A stretch of DNA of 17,537 nucleotides. Origin: Nostoc sp. DedSLP01. Its GTDB lineage: Bacteria > Cyanobacteriota > Cyanobacteriia > Cyanobacteriales > Nostocaceae. The position numbers were made by a program, and so were the translations under genes. The stretch covers positions 1 through 17,537 of the forward strand of contig JAVRCJ020000073.1 in the NCBI GenBank assembly GCA_034530875.2, written 5' to 3'. Position 1 is the first letter of the stretch, and each line of letters opens with the position of its first letter. Of this stretch, positions 8,912-16,278 are shown one piece after another. The notes below the pieces were generated by a model, which had not been told where the DNA came from, made no database searches, and was given only the letters and a program-made list of their open reading frames with translations.

Positions 8912-10567
8912 ATGACTGTAAATCTGAAGTCTTTAGAAAACCCAATTGATATAGCCGCAGATTCCAAAACCGCTGCTAATACTCAAAAAAAGCGCTACAC
9001 TCCTTTGCATCATCGACGTATCCTTTGTGTTTTTCCCAAGTACAGCCGTTCGTTTGGTACATTTCATTACGCTTACCCACTCACGGGTAGCGTCCGGGCT
9101 TTTATGCCTCCCCAAGGTATTTTAATTGTGGCTGCTTACTTGCCTCAAGAATGGGAAGTCCGGTTTATTGATGAGAATGTCAAATCGGCAACTCAAGCGG
9201 ATTATAAATGGGCTGATGTGGTAATTGTCAGTGGGATGCATATCCAAAAACCACAAATTAATCAAATTAATGAAATTGCCCATCGAGCTGGCAAAATCAC
9301 AGTTATCGGCGGCCCTTCTGTATCTGGTTGCCCAGAATATTATCCAGAATTTGATATTTTACATTTGGGTGAATTGGGAGATGCAACCGATCGCCTAATC
9401 GAATATCTTGACCTATACTCCGAACGCCCCCAGGCACAAATCCGTTTTGAAACCCAAGAACGCTTGCCTTTAAGCGAGTTCCCTACTCCAGCTTACCATT
9501 TGTTGAATATCAACGATTATTTCCTGGCAAACGTGCAGTTTTCTAGCGGTTGTCCTTATCGTTGCGAGTTTTGTGATATTCCAGAACTCTACGGACGCAA
9601 TCCTCGGATGAAAACGCCAGAGCAAGTCGTCGCTGAGTTGGATGCAATGCGGCAATCGGGAAATTTGGGAGCAGTGTATTTTGTCGATGATAACTTTGTT
9701 GGCGATCGCCGCGCTGCTATGAAGTTGCTTCCTCACCTGATTGACTGGCAAAAACGCAATGGCTATCCCATCCAATTTGCCTGCGAAGCAACACTCAACC
9801 TCGCTCAAAGTCCAAAATTGCTGGAGATGATGCGCGAAGCTTATTTTTGCACCATCTTCTGCGGCATTGAAACCCCAGAACCAGAAGCTCTTCATGCAAT
9901 TTCCAAAGACCAAAATCTGAGTATGCCAATTTTAAAAGCAATTCAGGTTTTAAATAGCTATGGTATGGAAGTCGTATCGGGGATCATTATCGGCTTAGAT
10001 ACAGACACACCACAAACAGGCGATCGCATTCTCGAATTTATTCGCGCCTCCCAAATTCCCATGTTGACAATTAACCTGCTTCATGCATTGCCAAGAACAC
10101 CTTTATGGCGGAGGTTAGAAGCAGAAGGACGACTGGTATTTGATGAAAGCCGGGAATCAAATGTTGAGTTTTTGATGCCTTACGAGGAAGTTGTCGAAAT
10201 GTGGCGTCGCTGTATCACCACAGCTTACGAGCCAGAATTTTTATATCAACGGTTTGCCTACAACATGGAACATACCTACCCAAACCGCATCAAAGTTCCT
10301 AACAGTCCAGCTCGTACATCTGGGGCTAATATTCGCAAAGGCTTAACTTATTTAATCAATATTTTAGTAAGGGTAGGTATATTTAGTAACTATCGCTCAA
10401 CCTTCTGGAAAATGGCAAAACCAGCATTAAAAGCGGGTGATATTGAGAGTTTGATTCATGTAGGGCTTGTAGGGCATCATCTGATTAAATTTGCCCAAGA
10501 TTGTGCCAAAAACCAAGAAGCAGCTTCGTTTTATTCCCAAAAAATTCTAACTAAAGTTCGTAGCTAG
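8912..10567 (+). CDS. hpnP: Cobalamin-dependent radical SAM methyltransferase, hopanoid C-2 methylase
   Basis: N-terminal RILCVFPKYSRSFGTF...AFMPPQG, SGMHIQ and GGPSVS in a B12-binding domain, CxxxCxxC (CPYRCEFC), YFVDDNF and FACEATLN. The start is either ATG 8912 or GTG 8900. Confidence 0.85.
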   Translation: MTVNLKSLENPIDIAADSKTAANTQKKRYTPLHHRRILCVFPKYSRSFGTFHYAYPLTGSVRAFMPPQGILIVAAYLPQEWEVRFIDENVKSATQADYKWADVVIVSGMHIQKPQINQINEIAHRAGKITVIGGPSVSGCPEYYPEFDILHLGELGDATDRLIEYLDLYSERPQAQIRFETQERLPLSEFPTPAYHLLNINDYFLANVQFSSGCPYRCEFCDIPELYGRNPRMKTPEQVVAELDAMRQSGNLGAVYFVDDNFVGDRRAAMKLLPHLIDWQKRNGYPIQFACEATLNLAQSPKLLEMMREAYFCTIFCGIETPEPEALHAISKDQNLSMPILKAIQVLNSYGMEVVSGIIIGLDTDTPQTGDRILEFIRASQIPMLTINLLHALPRTPLWRRLEAEGRLVFDESRESNVEFLMPYEEVVEMWRRCITTAYEPEFLYQRFAYNMEHTYPNRIKVPNSPARTSGANIRKGLTYLINILVRVGIFSNYRSTFWKMAKPALKAGDIESLIHVGLVGHHLIKFAQDCAKNQEAASFYSQKILTKVRS

Positions 10568-10576
10568 TAAAAAAAT

Positions 10577-10605
10577 GTAGAGACGTAGCATTGCTACGTC
10601 TCTAT
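10577..10605. repeat. GTAG-type REP-like perfect palindrome, possibly acting as 3' hairpin/attenuator of hpnP
   Basis: TAGAGACGTAGCA-T-TGCTACGTCTCTA has 13-bp perfect arms (10578-10604) and starts 10 nt after the hpnP stop. Confidence 0.85.
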
Positions 10606-10764
10606 AAATCCCTGTTCTCTACGATAAGAACTACATGGGTGCGAACCCAATCCATGATTTAATTACGTGAAAATTGATGTAACAAAACAAGCTATATCTA
10701 TAAACAGATGTGGTAATTATCAGTATAGGCACTTAAAGCCCACATCAAAATTTAACTTGGATTT

Positions 10765-11370
10765 ATGACGACAAAGACTTGGGATGCTCAACTTGCTTAC
10801 TGGCTAGTTCGACCTCTAAAAGACAGTTGGGTAAATCCCAATCATCTCACCACAGTCCGACTTGTAACAGGACTGATGGCGGCTATTGCATTGGCGGTTG
10901 GCGATGATATCTGGGTTAACATTGGAGCAGTAATCTTTGCTTTATCCAACTTTTTTGATCACACAGATGGCGAATTAGCCCGTTTAAGTGGAAAAACTAG
11001 CAAATGGGGACATCAGTACGATCTTTTTAGTGATGCCATTATCCACATTCTCTTATTTATGGCTATTGGATATGGTCTAAGAGAAAGCGAACTTGGTTCG
11101 TGGGCGTTGTTAATGGGGATAGTATCGGGCGTATCTGTTGCTTGTATCTTTCATTTGCGGAATCAAATGGAACAACGTTTAGGTAAAGACGCCACCCGTC
11201 AACCGAATTTTGTCGGCTTTGATATTGAAGATGTGCTGTATTTGTTTCCCATAATCACCTTATTTCATGGACTACAGCCATTACTAATTGCAGCTAGTAT
11301 TGGTGCGCCAACATTTGCTGTATGGGTAATTTGGCAATTTTTTGCACTCCCACAGTCTGAAAGAAATTAG
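10765..11370 (+). CDS. CDP-alcohol phosphatidyltransferase family protein
   Basis: PNHLT motif and the complete signature DxxDGxxAR...GxxxDxxxD (DHTDGELARLSGKTSKWGHQYDLFSD), with multiple TM helices. Confidence 0.92.
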   Translation: MTTKTWDAQLAYWLVRPLKDSWVNPNHLTTVRLVTGLMAAIALAVGDDIWVNIGAVIFALSNFFDHTDGELARLSGKTSKWGHQYDLFSDAIIHILLFMAIGYGLRESELGSWALLMGIVSGVSVACIFHLRNQMEQRLGKDATRQPNFVGFDIEDVLYLFPIITLFHGLQPLLIAASIGAPTFAVWVIWQFFALPQSERN

Positions 11371-11396
11371 AAAATAGATGTTTAATTTGTTGATTC

Positions 11397-12119
11397 ATGA
11401 ACTTTCAAACTGAAATTTCTCAAGCTTTAGCAGGAGTTGATTATCAAAAACTTCAAGCTGAGTTTCAAGCACAGAATGAATTTTTGGTGCTTGAGAATTT
11501 TGTTCCTAATTCTGTTCTCAATGAGTTTTTGAGTTTCTTGCCATCACTGCAACCTGCTATTAATCGCAACTATATTCCTAATCATAAAAAAGGCGGTAGT
11601 ATTAGCCGCTATAGTTTAGATAATCTGGCGCCAATCTTTGGCGAGTTTTATCAACTAAATGCTTTTTTCGAGTTTCTGAATCGAATTACAGGCGAAAAAT
11701 TGCTTCCCTGTCCCGATCGCGATCCCCATACTTACGCGTTGTACTATTACACTGAGCCTGGAGACCATATCCAATATCATTACGATACATCTTACTATCA
11801 GGGGAAGCGCTATACAGTGCTACTCGGTTTAGTTGACCGTTCGTCTAGCAAGTTGGAATATCAGCTTTATAAGGATATTCCTGACCGAGAAACACAAGTG
11901 CGATCGCTCTCGTTAAAGCCTGGTACTCTAGTATTATTTAACGGTGACAAGCTTTACCACAGAGTTACTCCTCTAGGCGAGAATGAAGAGCGAATTGTCT
12001 TGACTTTGGAGTATGTCACCGATATCCGTATGGGTATGTTAAAACGTTTTGTCTCGAATATGAAAGATGCGATCGCTTATTTTGGTTTTCGCCAAGTCTT
12101 TCGCCGTCACGGTAACTAA
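11397..12119 (+). CDS. 2-oxoglutarate/Fe(II)-dependent oxygenase
   Basis: Facial triad HYD...H (LYHRVTP) and a downstream 2OG-binding Arg (EERIVLTLEY). It starts 26 nt after the preceding gene. Confidence 0.87.
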   Translation: MNFQTEISQALAGVDYQKLQAEFQAQNEFLVLENFVPNSVLNEFLSFLPSLQPAINRNYIPNHKKGGSISRYSLDNLAPIFGEFYQLNAFFEFLNRITGEKLLPCPDRDPHTYALYYYTEPGDHIQYHYDTSYYQGKRYTVLLGLVDRSSSKLEYQLYKDIPDRETQVRSLSLKPGTLVLFNGDKLYHRVTPLGENEERIVLTLEYVTDIRMGMLKRFVSNMKDAIAYFGFRQVFRRHGN

Positions 12120-12226
12120 AGCAGGTGAATGAAAATTTCTGACTTGAGAAAGAAGCTACAAATGATTTTGTAATTCAAAATTATTAGTATTGCTTATTTT
12201 TAAGGATTCTATAAATCAATCTCCAA

Positions 12227-13897
12227 ATGGGAAATTTAATTGAGTTTGCCTTGTTTGCTCCTCGTAATCAAGGAGCAGCTTTAATTGGGTCATTTTCTGA
12301 TTGGCAAGAAATCCCAATGCAAAAAGGTGAGGATGGTTATTTTCGCACTCAAATAGAGTTAACAGACGGAGTTTATCAATATAAATTTCGCGTTCAAACC
12401 AAAAGTCCTAATTTTGCCGCTGATGAATGGATAGATGTTATCGATCCCAAGGCGACAGATGTTAATGAAACAGAAAAACACGGTATAGTCCGGATTAAAG
12501 ATGGGCAACGTATTGTTGATACCTATGTTTGGCAAAACGACAAAATACCCTTGCCTGAAAATCAGGAATTAATTATATATGAAATGCACGTTTCAGACTT
12601 CACTGGTGATGAAACTGACCCTGAAAAACGAGGTAAATATTTAGGGATAATTGACAAATTAGATTATCTGTCTAAGTTGGGAATTAACGCAATTGAATTG
12701 ATGCCAGTCAATGAATACCCAGGTAACTATAACTGGGGTTATAAAGTACGTCATTTCTTTGCAACAGAATCTAGTTACGGTTCCACAGAAGATTTAAAGC
12801 GATTAATAGACGAATGTCATGGTAGAGGCATTCGCGTTTTAATGGATGGAATTTACAATCACACAGATGAAGAATGTCCGTTAATGCTGATTGACCGAAA
12901 TTATTGGTACTACGAATATATGCATTATCCGGAAGACCCGGATAATTATTGGGGACCAGAGTTTAACTATGATAATTACGATGAAAAATTAAATGTTAAA
13001 CCTGCATGGAAATACATCGGCGATGTAGTGCAATATTGGATTCAAGAATATCACATTGATGGTATTCGCTATGATGCAGTCAAGCAATTAGGTAACTTTG
13101 AATTTCTCAGTTGGTTAGCTCAACAAACAAAAAAACATGCTGCACCCAAGCAGTTTTATAATATTGCCGAACACATTCCCGATACAAAGACTGTAGTCAA
13201 ACCAGATGGCCCCTTAGATGGTTGTTGGCACGAGAGTTTTCACTACTTTGTAGTTCCATCTATCTGTGGTAAATCATTTGAATTAGAACAAATAAAGCAA
13301 ATATTAGACCCTAGAAAACAAGGTTATGCAACTGCTACCAATGTAATAAATTATTTGGCAACGCACGATCGCGAACATTCTTTGCGAGAATTAGGCAATG
13401 CTGGGATCTTTGGTGCAGAAGCATTTAAAAGAGCAAAGTTAGCAGCAACTTTATTAATTACAGCAATGGGTATACCAATGCTGTGGATGGGAGAAGAATT
13501 TGGTGAATATCATCAAAAAAGCAAAACTGTAACTCAACCACAGAAAATTACTTGGTCTTTGTTAGAAAGCGACGAGAATCAGAAATTATTTGAGTATTAT
13601 CAAAAATTGATTGCTCTACGCAAGCAAAATTTAGCGCTCCAAAGTAACGAAATTGAATTTTTTTACGAAAATGCAAACGATAAAGTCCTAGCTTACAGGC
13701 GTTGGGATAAAGATGATTCTCATGTAGTCGTTGTGGTTAACTTTTCTTCGCTCAATCTAACTAAATATGAAATTCCTAATTTTCCTAACGCTGAGTATTG
13801 GCGAGATTGGTTCGATAACTCTGAAGTGAAAGTTGAAAACAATTCTCTAGCTATTGATTTGCCAAGCTATGCAGCCAAAATTTTTGTTTGGCAGTAG
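12227..13897 (+). CDS. GH13 alpha-amylase-family glycosidase with N-terminal CBM48/early-set domain
   Basis: FALFAP...LIGSFSDW N-domain, IYEMHV, LGINAIELMPV, WGY, and conserved regions DGIYNH, DGIRYDAV, AEH and YLATHD. Confidence 0.92.
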   Translation: MGNLIEFALFAPRNQGAALIGSFSDWQEIPMQKGEDGYFRTQIELTDGVYQYKFRVQTKSPNFAADEWIDVIDPKATDVNETEKHGIVRIKDGQRIVDTYVWQNDKIPLPENQELIIYEMHVSDFTGDETDPEKRGKYLGIIDKLDYLSKLGINAIELMPVNEYPGNYNWGYKVRHFFATESSYGSTEDLKRLIDECHGRGIRVLMDGIYNHTDEECPLMLIDRNYWYYEYMHYPEDPDNYWGPEFNYDNYDEKLNVKPAWKYIGDVVQYWIQEYHIDGIRYDAVKQLGNFEFLSWLAQQTKKHAAPKQFYNIAEHIPDTKTVVKPDGPLDGCWHESFHYFVVPSICGKSFELEQIKQILDPRKQGYATATNVINYLATHDREHSLRELGNAGIFGAEAFKRAKLAATLLITAMGIPMLWMGEEFGEYHQKSKTVTQPQKITWSLLESDENQKLFEYYQKLIALRKQNLALQSNEIEFFYENANDKVLAYRRWDKDDSHVVVVVNFSSLNLTKYEIPNFPNAEYWRDWFDNSEVKVENNSLAIDLPSYAAKIFVWQ

Positions 13898-13937
13898 CCT
13901 CAGTTAAAGATTTACGTGGATAGAACTGGAGGCAATG

Positions 13938-14009
13938 TAAAAAGCGCCTGGGAGTGTTGCCGTGTTTCCACCCCAGACGCTTTTTATTCTTAACTTGCTC
14001 CTCACACAC
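13938..14009 (-). ncRNA. yfr2: Yfr2-family small RNA, copy 1
   Basis: Minus strand GTGTGTGAGGAGCAAGTTAAGAATAAAAAGCGTCTGGGGTGGAAACACGGCAACACTCCCAGGCGCTTTTTA. It has the 5' GTGAGGA motif, a GGAAACA-containing stem-loop and a U tail. Extended -10 TGaTATCTT at 14016-14024. Confidence 0.85.
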
Positions 14010-14050
14010 AACTACAAGATATCACTAGGGCAAATAAAAAGCGGGTGTAG

Positions 14051-14075
14051 TGAGTGACACTTTGAAAACTGTACC
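14051..14075. promoter_or_regulatory. Candidate transcription-factor site upstream of sRNA copy 1
   Basis: TGAGTGACACTTTGAAAACTGTACC is 23/25 identical to 14365-14389 and lies at the same -42..-66 position relative to the predicted TSS. Confidence 0.5.
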
Positions 14076-14100
14076 TAAAATCCAATTTGTATGCCTAAAT

Positions 14101-14172
14101 TAAAAAGCGTCCGGGAGTGTTGCCGTGTTTCCACCCCAAACGCTTTTTATTCTTAACTTGCTCCTCACACAC
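14101..14172 (-). ncRNA. yfr2: Yfr2-family small RNA, copy 2
   Basis: Same 72-nt unit. Predicted promoter TTGCCT-N17-TATTAT with TG extension (-10 at 14179-14184). Confidence 0.85.
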
Positions 14173-14251
14173 AAATGAATAATACCACTACTTCTATGAA
14201 AAGGCAAGTATCTTGAATAATAATTTTTCAGGTAATTTTTTATACACAAAT

Positions 14252-14323
14252 TAAAAAGCGCCTGGGAGTGTTGCCGTGTTTCCACCCCAAACGCTTTTTA
14301 TTCTTAACTTGCTCCTCACACAC
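14252..14323 (-). ncRNA. yfr2: Yfr2-family small RNA, copy 3
   Basis: Same 72-nt unit. Predicted promoter TTGCTC-N17-TATCTT with TG extension (-10 at 14330-14335). Confidence 0.85.
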
Positions 14324-14364
14324 AACTAAAAGATATCACCGCTTTTATTAAAGAGCAAGTATTT

Positions 14365-14389
14365 TGAGTGACACTTTTAAAACTGCACC
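14365..14389. promoter_or_regulatory. Candidate transcription-factor site upstream of sRNA copy 3
   Basis: TGAGTGACACTTTTAAAACTGCACC, matching 14051-14075. Confidence 0.5.
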
Positions 14390-14405
14390 AGATTACAGGC
14401 AAAAA

Positions 14406-15926
14406 TTAGTGTAAAAAGTGACGTACACCCGTTAAGACCATTACTAAACCCAGCTCGTTAGCGGCTTTGATGGAATCTTTATCGCGCAAACTTCCCCCAG
14501 GTTGAACAATGGCTGTAATTCCTGCTGCTGCGGCTGTTCTGACTGAATCATCGAAGGGGAAAAATCCATCGCTGGCGAGAATTGCGCCTTTGGCTTTTTC
14601 TCCGGCTTGTTCTAAGGCAATTTTGACTGAGCCGACGCGGTTCATTTGACCGGCACCTACTCCTAGTGTAGTGCGATCGCTTGTCACAACGATCGCATTA
14701 GATTTGACGTGTTTGCAAACCTTCCACGCAAACAGCAATTCTCCCAACTCATTAGCAGTAGGTTGACGTTCGGTGACTACTTGCCATTGGCTAGTGTCAG
14801 CAATGATGTCATCGCTAGTTTGCACGAGAAAACCACCTGCGATCGCTTTTACTAATTCTTTAGGGCCGCTGCTCAAATCTGGTAAAATCAAAACCCGCAC
14901 GTTTGATTTCTTCCCTAAAATTTCTTGTGCGTCTGCTTCGCAACTTGGTGCAACCACACATTCTAAAAATGTCTTGGTTAATTCGCTGGCTGTAGCCGCA
15001 TCTATAGGACGGTTGAGTGCCACAATGCCACCAAAGGCAGAAGTAGAATCGGCATTGAAAGCTTTTTGATAGGCTTCTGAAATAGTGCTTCCCAGCGCCG
15101 TACCGCAAGGATTTGTATGTTTAATAATCGTTGCTGCTGGGGTATCAGTGAATTCTGCAATAATTCGGCGTGCAGCTTCCAAATCGACCAAGTTATTGTA
15201 ACTCAGTTCTTTGCCTTGGAGTTTCGTTGCGGCTGTCCATCCCGTTGGCGTAGTGCCAGTTTGATACCAAGCGGCGGGTTGGTGGGGGTTTTCGCCGTAA
15301 CGCAGAGATTGTAATTGTGTACCGCTGAGGTTGTAGTTTTGCGTGCCTGCGAGGTAGGATGCGATCGCTTGGTCGTAACTCGCAGTATGCAAAAATCCTT
15401 TTAAGGCTGCCTTTTGGCGAAACTCTAAAGATGCTTCGCCGTTATTTTGCCGCAATTCCTCTAAATACTCGTTATATTGTGCTGGGTCGCATAATACAGT
15501 CAAATGGGCAAAATTTTTCGATGATGCCCGCAACATTGCCGGGCCGCCAATATCAATCTGTTCGACAGCTTCAGCTAATGTTACGCCTGGTTTAGCAATA
15601 GTTTCCTCAAAAGGATAAAGATTCACCACTACTAAATCAATCGGGCGAATTTGGTTATTTTCTAAATCTGTAATATCTTGGGGAACATCCCGCCGTGCCA
15701 AAATTCCGCCGTGAATTCGCGGATGCAGCGTTTTAACTCGACCACCTAAAATTTCTGGCGAACCTGTATAATCAGCAACCTTGGTAACTGGGAGTCCAGC
15801 ATCTTTGAGTGCTTGGGCTGTTCCCCCACTGCTGATTAAATCAAAGTCGAATTCTTCAACCAAGCTACGGGCTAGGTCAATTAAACCAGTTTTGTTAGAT
15901 ACACTCAGCAGTGCTAGACGCGCCAT
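14406..15926 (-). CDS. purH: Bifunctional AICAR transformylase / IMP cyclohydrolase
   Basis: Motifs ALLSVSNKTG, GGRVKTLHPRIHGGIL, IDIGGPAMLR, LRYGENPHQ, KHTNPCG, SDGFFPF and C-terminal RHFLH. Confidence 0.98.
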   Translation of the reverse strand: MARLALLSVSNKTGLIDLARSLVEEFDFDLISSGGTAQALKDAGLPVTKVADYTGSPEILGGRVKTLHPRIHGGILARRDVPQDITDLENNQIRPIDLVVVNLYPFEETIAKPGVTLAEAVEQIDIGGPAMLRASSKNFAHLTVLCDPAQYNEYLEELRQNNGEASLEFRQKAALKGFLHTASYDQAIASYLAGTQNYNLSGTQLQSLRYGENPHQPAAWYQTGTTPTGWTAATKLQGKELSYNNLVDLEAARRIIAEFTDTPAATIIKHTNPCGTALGSTISEAYQKAFNADSTSAFGGIVALNRPIDAATASELTKTFLECVVAPSCEADAQEILGKKSNVRVLILPDLSSGPKELVKAIAGGFLVQTSDDIIADTSQWQVVTERQPTANELGELLFAWKVCKHVKSNAIVVTSDRTTLGVGAGQMNRVGSVKIALEQAGEKAKGAILASDGFFPFDDSVRTAAAAGITAIVQPGGSLRDKDSIKAANELGLVMVLTGVRHFLH

Positions 15927-16278
15927 CGATCAATTCCTTAAGAGTCAACTGGGAGCAAAGGATCTCAAGTTTTGCATAAGCCTTAGCTCAGTTCAAGAGG
16001 ATGCAAGCAATCTACAAAAGCAACAATGGATTATTATGTTGTACTGATTTCTGGTTGATTATTAAATATAGAAAATATAACTGACACTGGCTATGACATA
16101 TTTTATATTTGAAGCTTGTCTACCAAGTTTAAATAGTATCATATCATAAAGTTGAAAACGTAATACAATTTGTAAGATTGTGTTTGGGGTAAAGTGGTCG
16201 AAGATGATACTAAGGATAATTCAGATTGCCTATCATTCAGTTTCATTAAACCTATTTACCCCTTTATTACTGTTTATA

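Larger units (their letters stand above)
949..15368. repeat. HIP1 octamer GCGATCGC, dispersed (about 18 copies)
   Basis: Copies counted by eye start at 949, 1494, 1701, 2093, 2380, 2993, 3650, 3874, 7135, 8163, 8598, 9702, 10020, 11900, 12069, 14673, 14839 and 15361. Confidence 0.95.

Noticed and set aside
11397..12119. 2OG-Fe(II) halogenase
   Set aside because: It retains the HxD carboxylate ligand (HYD), whereas halogenases have HxG or HxA.
13997..14007. Plus-strand GCTCCTCACAC as a Yfr1 gene
   Set aside because: Yfr1 has ACTCCTCACAC between two hairpins. Here the wobble-pair pattern and promoters indicate the minus strand, so this is the complement of the Yfr2 5' motif.
14100..14285. 61-aa minus-strand ORF
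   Set aside because: It starts and ends inside sRNA repeats, begins at a GTG within the hairpin and has no protein-like features.
13938..14323. CRISPR array interpretation of the three repeats
   Set aside because: The repeats are 72 nt with 79-91 nt spacers that contain promoter motifs and are partly homologous to each other. No cas genes are present, and the unit carries Yfr2 hallmarks.
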